From Microcoleus sp. (lineage in GTDB: Bacteria > Cyanobacteriota > Cyanobacteriia > Cyanobacteriales > Microcoleaceae), in contig JAYFMW010000011.1 in NCBI GenBank assembly GCA_042408215.1, positions 26,032 to 90,031 of the forward strand: a stretch of DNA of 64,000 nt, read 5' to 3'. A model generated the notes under the pieces. It was not told where the DNA came from, did not search any database, and saw only the letters and a program-made list of their open reading frames with translations. The translations under genes were made by a program, and so were the position numbers. Positions 42,526 through 54,712 of this stretch are shown here, piece after piece (within the stretch, counting starts at the first letter, position 1; the number at the start of each line of letters is the position of its first letter).

Positions 42526-43443
42526 CTAATCAACCGTACTAACGTGGTCTATTCTCTCTAATTGCCAGAGAATTTGATTTCCCTCGCGGCGCACCCGCGA
42601 AACAACCCAATTTCGCCAAACCCAGTTGTCGCCGCGACTGGTGACAGCACTGGCATTTACATCCATCAAATCAGCCAGTTCAGAACTTGTGATCAAATAG
42701 CCTTTGGTGGCAACTTCATCGGCTATGTGCAAGGTTTCGATCAGGTTTCGGAGTTCATGAACCCTCACCTCGCGGGGTAAGTTCTCCAGGTTATCGGCAT
42801 TTGAATCCATCATGGCAGCATCGGAGATGAGAAGGTCAGAAGTTATGACATAGGATTCTATCGTTTTGTTACCAGTTGTTTCCGTTTCTTCTAAAACATT
42901 TGTGTTTCCAGAGTGTAGGGGCAGTGCCCCCGTGCCTGCCCCTGTGCTCGCCCTGGCCCCGTCTGCTGTTGCTTTGTGCTGTTGCAGTTCGGGGGTGAGA
43001 CTGTGGGAAAAGCTGCGGGCGATTTCGTCGCATCTATCGTTGTAGAAGTCGCCGGAGTGGCCGCGGACGTGTTCCCACTTGACTTGTCGGGAATTCAGCT
43101 TGTCTAGCAGGTGCCAGAGGTCTTGGTTGACGACATCTTTGCCGGTCGAGGTTTTCCACCCTTTGTTTTTCCAGCCTTGAATCCATTTGGTGATACCGTT
43201 TTTGACGTACTCACTGTCGGTGTAAAGGGTGACTGGCTCGGTTTGACCAGAATTGGCAAAAAATTCCAGCGCAGCGACGGCAGCCTGCATTTCCATGCGG
43301 TTGTTGGTGCTTTGGGGGTCTGCACCTCCGAGTTCGTGACAGTTGCCGTCGGCGAAGCAAACTACTGCGCCCCAGCCGCCTGGGCCGGGGTTCCCGGAAC
43401 AAGCGCCGTCTGTATACAAGCTTTTGATTTGAGGAATTGTCAT
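42526..43443 (-). CDS. rnhA: Ribonuclease HI with cyanobacterial C-terminal extension
   Basis: YTDGACSGNPGPGGW, TNNRME, TDS, HVRGHSG..N.RCD. Confidence 0.95.
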   Translation of the reverse strand: MTIPQIKSLYTDGACSGNPGPGGWGAVVCFADGNCHELGGADPQSTNNRMEMQAAVAALEFFANSGQTEPVTLYTDSEYVKNGITKWIQGWKNKGWKTSTGKDVVNQDLWHLLDKLNSRQVKWEHVRGHSGDFYNDRCDEIARSFSHSLTPELQQHKATADGARASTGAGTGALPLHSGNTNVLEETETTGNKTIESYVITSDLLISDAAMMDSNADNLENLPREVRVHELRNLIETLHIADEVATKGYLITSSELADLMDVNASAVTSRGDNWVWRNWVVSRVRREGNQILWQLERIDHVSTVD

Positions 43444-43522
43444 GGGCGGGTTAATCTATTTTTTAGGGTATGTTGTTTGCGGATGCGATAATTTAAGGGA
43501 ATTGCGATCGAGCTTAGCTCCT

Positions 43523-46500
43523 ATGAAAAATACCAACTTAAAAATTAAAAAGGTCTGGCTATTTATTTGTCCGTTTTCTTTGTTAATTTTTAATACTTTC
43601 GCCGAAGCACAACCTGTCGTCCCTGCGGCGGACGGTACTGGGACTAATGTTACCCGCACTGACAACCGCTACGATATTGGTGGTGGCAGTTTGTCGGGGG
43701 ACGGGGCGAATCTTTTTCACAGTTTTCAGAGGTTCGGTCTCAATCAAGGTCAGGTTGCTAATTTTCTGACTAATCCGGCTATTCACAATATATTAGGCCG
43801 CATTTCTGGCGGGGATGCTTCGCTAATTAATGGTTTAATTACTGTCACTGGTGGCAATTCTAATCTTTTTTTAATTAATCCTGCGGGGATTGTGTTTGGT
43901 CCAAACGCGAGCTTGAATGTGCCGGGGGCTTTCACTGCGACTACTGCTACTGGTGTCGGTTTTGGTTCTAATTGGTTTAATGCTGCGGGTATAAATAATT
44001 TTAGCACGTTAGTTGGCACGCCTAATGCTTTTTATTTTGGTGCTGCTCAACCGGGAAGTATTGTTAATGCTGGTAATTTGGCTGTGGTACCGGGCCAAAG
44101 TTTGGCTTTGTTGGGCGGTACTGTGATTAGTACGGGGAATTTGTCGGCACCGGGAGGAAACATTACTGTTGCTAGTGTGGGAAGTGGAAATGCGATTCGC
44201 ATTAGTCAACCGGGGCATTTGTTGAGTTTGGAAATTGGAATTGGTGGCAGTTTGGGGAATGCTCAATTGGTTGCAAATCCTGTTTCTTTGCCGCAGTTGC
44301 TGACTGGTGCTGGTACTTCTCATGCGACTGGTGTTGCTGTGGCGGGTGATGGTACTGTGCTGCTTGTGGGCTCTGGTTTGCAGGTGAATTCTGGGGATGT
44401 GGCGATCGCTAGGAGCAATCTTACTCCAATTTCTGATTTACTGGCGGGAAATGCTCGAATATCGGCGGCGAATAATCTCACGTTAGATCGCGTTCAATTA
44501 TACACAACTGGGAACTTGACTTTGACAGCGGGAAATGCTGTGCGAGTGCGTGACAGTGCGGCGAATCCGTTTTTGGCGAGGGCTGGGGGTAATTTATACC
44601 TTCAGGGCGATCGCACTATAGATATTCTCACTCAAAACGCGATCGGTGCTTTGCCTCTGGCTCCCCAATTTCAGGCGGGCGGGGCTTTGAGTTTAGTTAG
44701 CAATGGCGTGATTTCTGGGGACGCTCACTTTGTTTCTGGAGGCAATTTTTCGGTTCGGAATCTGTCAGGAATGCCGGGAAATTTTGTGAGTTTATTTGAC
44801 CCGATTATTAGTTCGGAGGGGGATGTTATTTTTGGAGATTATACGGGTGTTTCGCTGAAAGTGGAGGCGAAGGGAAGTATTGTGGCCCAGGATATTACAA
44901 TTACTGGCCCGGATACTACTCTCGATATTGGAAATGTTAGTGCGGATTCAGATATTGCTATTTTAACCAGGACTCCGGCTCTGATTTTGCGGGCTGGAGT
45001 GCTCAATCTGACAAATACTCCTAATGTTCCTAATGCTCCTACGGATACTTTGGGTGACAATCAAACTACTCCTTTAGGTCAAGATGCAATATTTAATGCA
45101 GCACCTATTTTCTCGAATAATTTGATTGTTGTGGACAATATTTATGCTGGTGGGCCGGTGATTTTGTCGGCACCGGGAACTGTCGCAACTAGAGATATTA
45201 ATGGTGGACAAATTCAGATCGAAAGCAGGGAAGGGGGTGTTGTAGTTGGTGGCAGATTAACGTCTAGTTCGACAATTAATATTCAGGCTGGTGACAATAT
45301 TTTATTGACAAATGACATTTCCCGTGCTGATGTAAATGGTAATGTTAGTCTGAACAGCAGTGGGGGTAATATAGTCACGGGGGCGATCGATGCTGGGAAT
45401 TCTGGGGCGATCGAAATCAGAGCTTTTGGCAATGTGAATTTTGGGAATTTGCAGGGAACTAAAGTTGATATTGCTAGTAACTCCGGGGCTCTGGGAGTTT
45501 TGAGCGATCCTAATTTTATAGTCCCTAATACTTCACCAGTCGATATTACAGCAACTGAAAATATCAGTTTGACAGCTTCTAGGGACTTAACGGTAGGCAC
45601 TCTCAAGGCTACAACTGTTAATGCTAGCAGCAATACGGGGAGTGCGATCGCGGGGGCGATCGCTACTACCGGAGATGTCAGGATTTTAGCCAGACAGCTA
45701 ATTAACACAGGGGCTGTAACTGTTAATCCTGTTGGGGTAAATCCAACTCCGACAGTCAATATGGATGCCCAAACTAATATTTCTGTGACATCCATCAATG
45801 CTCCCGCCGCCAGCATTGCTTTGAAAGCATCCAGCGACTTAAACATCGGGAATTTGCAGGCGGCGGCAGTTGATGTCAAAAGCGATGGGGGAAATATTGC
45901 GATCGGCAATACTACATCAATTGGCAATATTAATTTAATAGCTTCTGGCAATATAAAGACTGGGAATTTGCAGGGAGTAGGAGTTGATCTAAATAGCATT
46001 TTTGGGATTATTCAAACTCCCAATACCGCCGCCACTGGCAAGATTAATTTCAGAGCTTATGGCAATGTAAATACTGGAAATTTGCAGGGAGTTGGAGTTA
46101 ATGTCAATAGCATATTTGGCACAATTCAAACTGCCAATACCGCCGCCACTGGCAATATCAACTTAATAGCTCCGACTGATATTATTGCCGGAAATTTGCA
46201 GGGGGTGGGAGTGAATGTCAGCACTAAGGGGACTCTGGAAATTGCCAACATTAATGCAACAGGCAATGTCAATTTAACCGCTTCTGGCAATGTGAATTCA
46301 GGGAATTTGCTAGGAGTTGCAGTTGATGTTAACAGCGGCAGGGGAACTGTCATCAGTGGCAATATAAGTGCTTCCGAAACAGTCGGAATTTTAGCGGGAA
46401 ACGCCATCAAAATTGGGCGAATAAATGTCAATCCAGTGGGAGTCGATCGCATTCCGACAGTCACTCTTAAGGCTCAAAATGAGATCGGCATTGCATCCAT

Positions 46501-48361
46501 AAATGCTCCGGGCGGTAACGTTAATATAGAAACTCCCGGTTTAGTTCGAGTAACTGATACTACTTTCAACCAAAACGGCACTCCCGTTAGCATCTCGACT
46601 GTTGGCGGAAATCAGCCCGGTTTGATTACTATTCGCCACGGCGGCGGCGATGTGAATCCGCCGATACCTTTTGCGGTGGGAGATGCGATGGTTAACGGCA
46701 CTACTGGGGCGATCGCCAGCGATGCTCAGGGTATTATTACTCAGGGGCAATCTTTCATAAATTCCTATACTCAAGGTAATAGTGCGATCGTGACTACTAA
46801 CCAACTAACGCCAAATAATCCAACTTTGCCAAATAATCCAAGTTTTTTAGATAATTCAAATTTGCCAAATATTCCCAATTTACCAACTGCGCCAACATCA
46901 TTAATTAATATACAACCATCAAATAGAGTGGGCTCGCTTTTCCCCTCACCCAACCAACCGTTGACACCAGAACAGCTTCAAAACCAAAACAGGATATCGA
47001 GAGATCTAGGAAAAACCCCAGAAAGGATTCCCAAAGAAAGAATTCAGTCTCCCAGAGTCATCAGAAATCTGATTGGTTCAAATGCCAGAGATTCAGTCTT
47101 TAATTCAACATTTCGCACCAACATCGGCAGAAACTTGGACGGTGGCAAAATATCCGAAGCTTTATCTCTGCTAGACAAATCCTTGAGCGGAGAATTCAGT
47201 GAATATTTCGGTAGAAACTTCAGCGAGGAATTGATATCTAAAGAGGAAATCCAAACAAAGTTAGCAGGCATTTCCGCAGAAACAGGCACCCAACCCAGCA
47301 TAATTTATCTGTTTTCGCGCCCCGAACAATTAGACTTAGTTTTGATCGCAGCTTCCGGTTCAGTCGTTTACCAAAAAGTGCCGGAAGCAAACCGAGAACA
47401 GCTCATGAAACTTGTCACTAAATTCAGGGAGGAACTTACCAAACCGGGAGCGCGGAAAACTACCAGTTACCTGCCCTATGCCAAGCAACTTTATCAGTGG
47501 ATAATTGGCCCTTTAGAACCAACTCTCAAAGAGCGAAAAATTGATACAATCTCCTTCATTGCGGATGCAGGTTTGCGGGGTTTTCCCTTTGCTGCTTTGC
47601 ACGACGGAAAGCAATTTTTGATTGAAAATTACAGTGTCAATCTCATGCCCAGTGTCACTTTAACCGATACTCGCTACATAGATGTCAGGAACGTTCAAGT
47701 TTTAGCAATGGGTGCGTCGCAATTTTCTGAATTGGCACCTTTGCCGGCGGTGCCTGCTGAAATCGCATCTATTTCGCGAGATTGGCCGGGAATTAGTTTT
47801 TTGAATGATGGTTTTACTTTGGAGAATTTGAGGCGGCAGCGTGAAAGTCGGCCTTTTGGGATTATTCACTTAGCTACTCACGGCGAATTTCGGCCGGGGG
47901 CGGCAAAGAATTCTTTTATTCAATTCTGGAACAGCCGGCTACAACTAAATCAATTGCGGGATTTGAGATTGAACAACCCCCAGGTTAATTTGTTAGTATT
48001 GAGCGCTTGCCGCACTGCGGTAGGAGATGAGAAAGCGGAGTTGGGTTTTGGGGGATTAGCGGTGCAATCGGGCGTACAAACGGCTGTGGCGAGTTTGTGG
48101 TACGTTTCTGATGAAGGTACTTTGGGGTTGATGAGCGAATTTTACCACCAATTGAGAACAGCGCCAATTAAGGCGGCGGCTTTGCGACAAGCGCAAATTG
48201 CAATGTTGCGGGGACAAGTGCGTTTGGAGGGCGGCAGATTGCGGGGTACGAGTCGGGGTGCAGGGGTAGAGTTACCGGAGTCGCTGCAAAAGTTTGCGGA
48301 TATAAAGTTTGTGCATCCTTATTATTGGTCGGCTTTTGTGATGATTGGTAGTCCTTGGTGA
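43523..48361 (+). CDS. Filamentous-haemagglutinin (TPS) domain beta-helical protein with a C-terminal CHAT (caspase-like) domain
   Basis: NLFHSF, FLINPAGIVFG; Gly/Asn-rich repeats; HLATHG, VLSAC, SLWYV, HPYYWSAF. Confidence 0.92.
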   Translation: MKNTNLKIKKVWLFICPFSLLIFNTFAEAQPVVPAADGTGTNVTRTDNRYDIGGGSLSGDGANLFHSFQRFGLNQGQVANFLTNPAIHNILGRISGGDASLINGLITVTGGNSNLFLINPAGIVFGPNASLNVPGAFTATTATGVGFGSNWFNAAGINNFSTLVGTPNAFYFGAAQPGSIVNAGNLAVVPGQSLALLGGTVISTGNLSAPGGNITVASVGSGNAIRISQPGHLLSLEIGIGGSLGNAQLVANPVSLPQLLTGAGTSHATGVAVAGDGTVLLVGSGLQVNSGDVAIARSNLTPISDLLAGNARISAANNLTLDRVQLYTTGNLTLTAGNAVRVRDSAANPFLARAGGNLYLQGDRTIDILTQNAIGALPLAPQFQAGGALSLVSNGVISGDAHFVSGGNFSVRNLSGMPGNFVSLFDPIISSEGDVIFGDYTGVSLKVEAKGSIVAQDITITGPDTTLDIGNVSADSDIAILTRTPALILRAGVLNLTNTPNVPNAPTDTLGDNQTTPLGQDAIFNAAPIFSNNLIVVDNIYAGGPVILSAPGTVATRDINGGQIQIESREGGVVVGGRLTSSSTINIQAGDNILLTNDISRADVNGNVSLNSSGGNIVTGAIDAGNSGAIEIRAFGNVNFGNLQGTKVDIASNSGALGVLSDPNFIVPNTSPVDITATENISLTASRDLTVGTLKATTVNASSNTGSAIAGAIATTGDVRILARQLINTGAVTVNPVGVNPTPTVNMDAQTNISVTSINAPAASIALKASSDLNIGNLQAAAVDVKSDGGNIAIGNTTSIGNINLIASGNIKTGNLQGVGVDLNSIFGIIQTPNTAATGKINFRAYGNVNTGNLQGVGVNVNSIFGTIQTANTAATGNINLIAPTDIIAGNLQGVGVNVSTKGTLEIANINATGNVNLTASGNVNSGNLLGVAVDVNSGRGTVISGNISASETVGILAGNAIKIGRINVNPVGVDRIPTVTLKAQNEIGIASINAPGGNVNIETPGLVRVTDTTFNQNGTPVSISTVGGNQPGLITIRHGGGDVNPPIPFAVGDAMVNGTTGAIASDAQGIITQGQSFINSYTQGNSAIVTTNQLTPNNPTLPNNPSFLDNSNLPNIPNLPTAPTSLINIQPSNRVGSLFPSPNQPLTPEQLQNQNRISRDLGKTPERIPKERIQSPRVIRNLIGSNARDSVFNSTFRTNIGRNLDGGKISEALSLLDKSLSGEFSEYFGRNFSEELISKEEIQTKLAGISAETGTQPSIIYLFSRPEQLDLVLIAASGSVVYQKVPEANREQLMKLVTKFREELTKPGARKTTSYLPYAKQLYQWIIGPLEPTLKERKIDTISFIADAGLRGFPFAALHDGKQFLIENYSVNLMPSVTLTDTRYIDVRNVQVLAMGASQFSELAPLPAVPAEIASISRDWPGISFLNDGFTLENLRRQRESRPFGIIHLATHGEFRPGAAKNSFIQFWNSRLQLNQLRDLRLNNPQVNLLVLSACRTAVGDEKAELGFGGLAVQSGVQTAVASLWYVSDEGTLGLMSEFYHQLRTAPIKAAALRQAQIAMLRGQVRLEGGRLRGTSRGAGVELPESLQKFADIKFVHPYYWSAFVMIGSPW

Positions 48362-48790
48362 AGAGATATAGCGGTTTTATGAATGAAGTGAGGTACAGGA
48401 AGCAATTGGCAATTCACTTCTCTGAAAAGGAAACATCTATGCCCTATGCCCTATGCCCTATGCCCATGAGCACCTCCAGAAACCTGAGAAAGGCTAGATC
48501 GACATTCCTCTTCTTCTATTAGTTCAGTGGCAATTTGCCGAGGGGTTTGATGATTGGCGGTCTGCTTTTTCCCATTTTCTCTTTTGCGAGCAGCGGGTGG
48601 CAGCACTTGAATTTGCGGTTCTTCCGGCAGCGAAGTGGTTGGTAAAGCCGGCAGAAACGAGGGATTGAAAGCCACGATCTGCCGAACAACTAAACATTAG
48701 TTAAAAAACCATATTTTTTACCTTCTAACGCGCTATTATTGACACAAAGCTGGTGCATTCTGAATTGTTAATTTTTACCAAAATATAAAT

Positions 48791-51700
48791 ATGCTCTCCA
48801 TTCCAGGCGTTGCCGTTCAGACTCTTCTTTACGAAAGTGTCAACTCTCTAATTTACCGGGCTGTTCGGGAAGCAGATAACCAGCCGATTATCCTCAAACT
48901 TCTCAAAGACAGTTACCCCACACCTCAAGAATTAGTGCGCTACCGCACCGAATACCGCATCACCAGAGCTCTGAAAGAGGCGGGTGTCGTGCAAGTTTAT
49001 GACTTGCAAAAATACCAAAACACCCTCGTGATGTTTCTGGAGGACTTTGGCGGCGAATCCTTGAAAATATTGATGCAGCAGCGCAAGTTTAGCCTCAAGG
49101 AGTTTCTGCAAATTGCGATCGCCACCACTGAAACTTTAGGGCAAATTCACGCCGCTAATATTATTCATAAAGATATTAACCCCTCAAATATTGTTTACAA
49201 CCCGGAAACGGAACAATTAAAAATTATTGACTTTGGCATTTCCACTCAGCTAAGCAGGGAAACACCGACTCTGAAAAACCCCGGCATTCTGGAAGGAACC
49301 CTTGCTTACATCTCACCAGAACAAACCGGGAGAATGAATCGTACTCTCGATTACCGGGCTGATTTTTACTCGCTTGGTGTCACATTTTACGAATTGCTGA
49401 CAGGAAAACTGCCTTTTGAAACAGAAGATGCTTTAGAGTTGGTTCACTGCCACATTGCCAGACAGCCAGTTACCCCGCAGGAAATCGAGCCAAAAATTCC
49501 CCTAATTCTCTCCCAAATAGTCAGTAAACTGATGGCGAAGAATGCCGAAAACCGCTATCAAACAGCATTAGGATTGAAGCACGATCTAGAAAATTGTCTC
49601 GTTCAATTACAAGCAACGGGTAACCTTGAAAAGTTTGCCTTGGGAAAGCGGGATATTACAGACCGTTTCTCGATCCCAGAAAAGCTCTACGGCAGGGAAA
49701 ATGAAGTTTCTAATCTCTTAGCAGCTTTTGAAAGAGTTGCATCAGGACGAGCCCCCCAACCCCCCTTATTAAAGGGGGCTTCATCCGATTCCCCCCTGAG
49801 TAGGGGCGGTGCCCCCGTGCCCGCCCTAGGGGGGGTATCGCATTTATCCGGCAGTGAACTGATGCTAGTCGCTGGCTGCTCTGGGATTGGGAAAACCGCA
49901 GTAGTGAACGAAGTCCATAAGCCGATCGCCAGACAACAGGGCTATTTTATTAAAGGCAAATACGACCAATTTCAGCGCAATATTCCCTTCAGTGCATTTG
50001 TACAAGCATTTCGAGATTTGATGGGGCAATTATTATCAGAATCCGATGCCAAATTACAAATATGGAAAACCAAGATTCTCAACGCAGTAGGCGAGAGTGG
50101 GCAAGTCTTAATTGAGGTGATTCCTGAATTAGAACGCATCCTTGGCGCTCAACATCCAGCAATAGAATTATCGGGTACTGCTGCCCAAAATCGCTTCAAT
50201 TTGCTGATGCAGAAATTTGTGCAAGTATTTACCACCGCCGAACATCCCTTAGTGATGTTTTTGGATGATTTGCAGTGGGCCGATTCGGCATCTTTGAAGT
50301 TGCTACAACTATTAATGGAGGATAGGGGGCATCTGTTAGTTTTGGGTGCTTATCGGGATAATGAAGTATCGCCTACTCATCCGTTTATGTTGACGGTAGA
50401 TGAGATTATTAAGTCTGGGGCGGTGGTGCATACTATTATGTTACAACCATTGAGTTTAGCAGATCTGAATCAGTTGGTGGCAGATACGCTGAATTGCGAT
50501 TTATCTTTGGCTCAACCGTTGACAGAATTAGTTGCTCAAAAAACTCAGGGTAATCCCTTTTTCTCGACTCAATTCCTGAAGGCATTGTATGATGATGGGC
50601 TGATTACTTTTGACCCCCCTCAGTCCCCCCTTAGTAAGGGGGGAAGTAAAAGGCATTCCCCCCTTAGTAAGGGGGGAAGTAAAGGGCATTGGCAGTGCGA
50701 TATTGCTCAAGCTAGACTGACTCACGCCTCGGATGTAGTGGAGTTTATGGCGGCGCAATTGCAGAAGTTGCCCCAAGAAACTCAGGATGTTCTTAAGTTG
50801 GCGGCTTGTATTGGAGCGCAGTTTGATTTAGATACATTGGCAGTTGTCAGTGAAGAATTACCAGAAAAAACGGCATCAGCACTGTGGAACTCTTTGCAGG
50901 AAGAACTGATTTTACCGATTCAGGAAAATTATAAATGTTTTATTCCAACAGAGGCTCAATTCAAGACTGATTCTATTAGCAATCCCACTTATCGGTTTCT
51001 ACACGATCGCGTCCAGCAAGCGGCTTATTCATTGATTCCCAACGACCAAAAACCAGCCACTCATCTCAAAATAGGACAATTGCTGCTACAAAGTTCCTCG
51101 GAGATGGAAAGAGAGGAAAAACTGTTTGATATTGTCGAGCATTTGAATCTAGGCCAGGAGTTGATCGCCCAAGCGAAAGAGAGGGAGGCCTTAGCACAAC
51201 TTAACTTAAAAGCTGGACAGAAAGCTAGAAATTCTACTGCCTACGCTGCGGCAAAAGTTTATTTGGAAATAGGGATAGAGTTACTGACAGATAACTGTTG
51301 GCAAAGTCAATATGAATTGACATTAAATCTTTATGTTGCTGCTGTCGAAGTTGCCTATTTGAATGCTGACTTTGATGGTATGGAGCAGATAGCAGCAGAG
51401 GTTTTGCAAGCAGCCCAAACAATTTTAGACAAAGTTAAAATTTACGAAATTTTAATGACAGCCCAGACAGCCCAGAGCAAGATGTTGGAGGCGATCGCAG
51501 TAGGCAGAGATGCACTGGCGCAATTGGGAGTTGAACTCCCTAGCGAAGCTGGATCAGGTCAAGATAGATCGAGCGCTACAGAGCCTTGCTAGACAACTCC
51601 AAGACAGAAGGATTGAGGAACTGCTTAACTTGCCTGTGATGACCGATCTTCAGATTCAAGCAGCCATGCCAACTATTAGGAATATTATGGTCACCGATTA

Positions 51701-54273
51701 TTCAAGCCACGCCGAGTTTAACGCCCCTACTTAGCTCCACGATGGTGAGTTTATCACTTCAATTTGGGAATGCACCCGCCTCGACGGTGGGGTATTTGAT
51801 TCACGGTGTGGTGCTGTGTTCTTTTTTGGGAGATGTCAAAACTGGCTATGGCTTTGGTAAATTGGCACTGAATTTACTCGATCGGTTTAATGCACCGGAA
51901 TTTAAGTCCCAAATTCTGGCTGTATTTAGTAGCTGGATTCAGCATCACCAAGAAGGTCTCAGGGCAACGATACCAATCAGTAAAGATGGCTATATGGCTG
52001 GCATGGAAACTGGGGATTTTCTATATGCTGGCTACAACCTAACCGTTTGCTTTGAGAGCAATTTGTTTGGTGGGGTAGAAATAGATACTTGGGAAGCCGA
52101 ACTGGCAGATTACAGTGCTGCGTTCGCTCAAGTGAAGCAATATTCTGCCCAGACCCTTTTGGATATGACGTGGCAGACGACGAAAAACTTGAGGGAAACT
52201 GTGAGTACACCGGATTCTCTAATCGGAACTGCCTACAATGAAACAGTGATGATTCCTAAACATCATCAGGACAATAACTTCACTATGATTGCTATTGTCT
52301 ACGCATATAAACTGATGCTTGCTTACTTCTTTGGCAATTATCCGGCGGCCCTAAGCCACATTGCCCAAGTCAAGCCGTATTTGATGTCAGTATCGGGATT
52401 GATTTTTTTCCCCATTTTCCATTTCTACGCCGCCCTGACGCACTTAGCACTCTTTCCCACTCACCCAGAAATTGAGCAAGCAGAAATTCTAATCCAGGTG
52501 GAAACCCATCAAAGCACTCTGCACCAATGGGCGCAAAATGCTCCCATGAATTATCTGCATAAATGGTATTTAGTGGAGGCAGAAAAGCAGCGGATTTTCG
52601 GCAATAAAGTTGAGGCGATAGACTTGTACGATCGCGCTATCTCCCTCGCTCAAGAAAATCAATTTCTCAACGAAGAAGCCCTAGCCAATGAACTAGCAGC
52701 TAATTTCTATCTAGAATGGAGCAAAGAAAAATTGGCCGAAATCTATATGATTGATGCCTATTATTGTTATGTCCAATGGGGAGCCACTGCTAAGGTAAAG
52801 GATTTAGAAACGCGATATCCCCAGTTATTGAAGGCAATTCAAGCCGGAACTAAAAACACTAAAACTACTGCATCATTGACGACCACTGGTTCGGGTAATC
52901 GCGTAGATATCACCGCAGTCATGAAAGCTTCTCAGGCGATTTCCGGCGAAATATTGCTGGATAAGCTACTGTCTAGCTTGATGAAAATTTTGATTGAAAA
53001 TGCAGGGGCGCAAAGGGGCTATCTGATTTTGTCAAGCCAGGAACAACTGTTAATTGAAGCTGAAGGGACAACTGATGGCGCGAGCGTCACCGTCTTACAG
53101 TCAATCTTAGTTGAGAATTGTCAAGAACTTTCCTCCGCAATTGTCAATTATGTGGCTCGCACTCAAGAAAGTGTGGTACTGGATGACGCTGTGAAAGAGG
53201 GACAATTTACTAACGATTCCTATATCCAAAAGCATCAGCCAAAATCAATCTTATGCGTACCGCTGATTAATCAATCTCAAATTGTCAGTATTGTTTACCT
53301 AGAAAACAATCTGACAGCCGGAGCTTTTACGCCAGAAAGAGTGGAACTATTAAAAGTATTATCTGGACAGGCGGCTATTTCGATTCAAAATTCTAAGCTT
53401 TATACAGAAGTACGCGAAAGTGAGAAGAGGCTGGCTCAACTCAATAAAGCTTACGAGCGTTTCGTCCCCAGTCAATTCCTCAAATTTTTAGATAAATCAA
53501 GCATCATTGATGTGGAATTGGGCGACCAAGTGCAGTTGGAAATGTCGGTGTTGTTTTCCGATATTCGCGACTTCACCACGCTTTCAGAAAGTATGACACC
53601 GGAGGATAATTTCAGATTTATCAATTCCTATCTCAGTCGCATGGAACCCGTCATTAATCAAAATAATGGGTTTATTGATAAATATATTGGCGATGCGATT
53701 ATGGCGCTGTTTAGCGGCGATGCGAATAATGCCGTAAACGCGGGAATTGCCATGCTCAATCGTCTTCTTGAATACAATCAAAATCGCGCTAATTCTGGTT
53801 ATGCACCGATTAAGATTGGAATTGGGATTAATACGGGTTCTTTGATGCTGGGAACAGTGGGCGGACCAAATCGCATGGATGGTACGGTAATTAGCGATGC
53901 AGTTAATTTAGCTTCTCGCGTGGAAAGTTTGACCAAAAATTATGGGGTGTCGCTGTTAATCACCCAGGAAACTTTCTTGCGGTTAGAAAATCCATCGAAG
54001 TACGCAATCCGCAGCCTCGACACGGTAAAAGTCAAGGGAAAATCCGAAGCGGTGACGGTTTATGAGGTGTTTGATTGCGATCGCCCAGAAATCAAAGAGG
54101 GTAAGTTAGCCACGCTGCAATTGTTTGCGGAAGCTTTGGCGATTTACTCGGAAGGAAAGTTCGCTGAGGCGGGGCGGCTGTTTGCAGAGTGTTGGCATCA
54201 GAATCAGGGCGATTGCGTTGCTAAAATTTATTGGGAACGCTGTCAGTCTACATTGGTGTCAAATGAAGACTGA
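48791..54273 (+). CDS. Ser/Thr kinase-AAA ATPase-GAF-adenylate/guanylate cyclase, split by two +1 frameshifts (~51551, ~51669)
   Basis: HKDINPSN, DFG, SPEQTG; GCSGIGKT, LDDLQWAD; GAF LYLENN-like (VYLENN); FSDIRDFT, DKYIGD, DAVNLASR. Confidence 0.9.
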
Positions 54274-54381
54274 AATCCTCGATCGCGATGTTGAGCTCCA
54301 AGTCTCGATCGCCCTTTTCTATCTATAGCATTTCTCAGTTGAGTGAAGTACAGATGTTCGGTAGGGACACTCAAGCGTGCC

Positions 54382-54599
54382 CATTGGTGACAACTTAAGA
54401 CTAAAATCCTTGAGAAATCGCGTTTTTACCCTAGTCTAGATCCCCCTCGCATCCCCCTTAAGAAGGGAGTAGGGTGTGAGTAGGGGGTGACGAAAGAGCA
54501 AGTTCTTGTTCCCCCCTTCTTAAGGGGGGCTAGGGGGGATCTAGATTTAATAGTTAAACAGCAGTCTGTGACTGGGTTAGAAGTTAAGTTGTCACCAAT
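54382..54599. mobile_element. MITE family A variant
   Basis: CATTGGTGACAACTTAA...TTAAGTTGTCACCAAT inside GTAGGGACAC...GTGTCCCTACA. Confidence 0.85.
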
Positions 54600-54712
54600 A
54601 GACAGTGCTGTGTCCCTACAGCCGTCTGTTGTATTTCATCCGATTGAAAACTGCTATATTACCAACCCTCAAAGCGATCGCTCGTTTTCAAGTAGCCTAA
54701 AAGAGCGATCGC

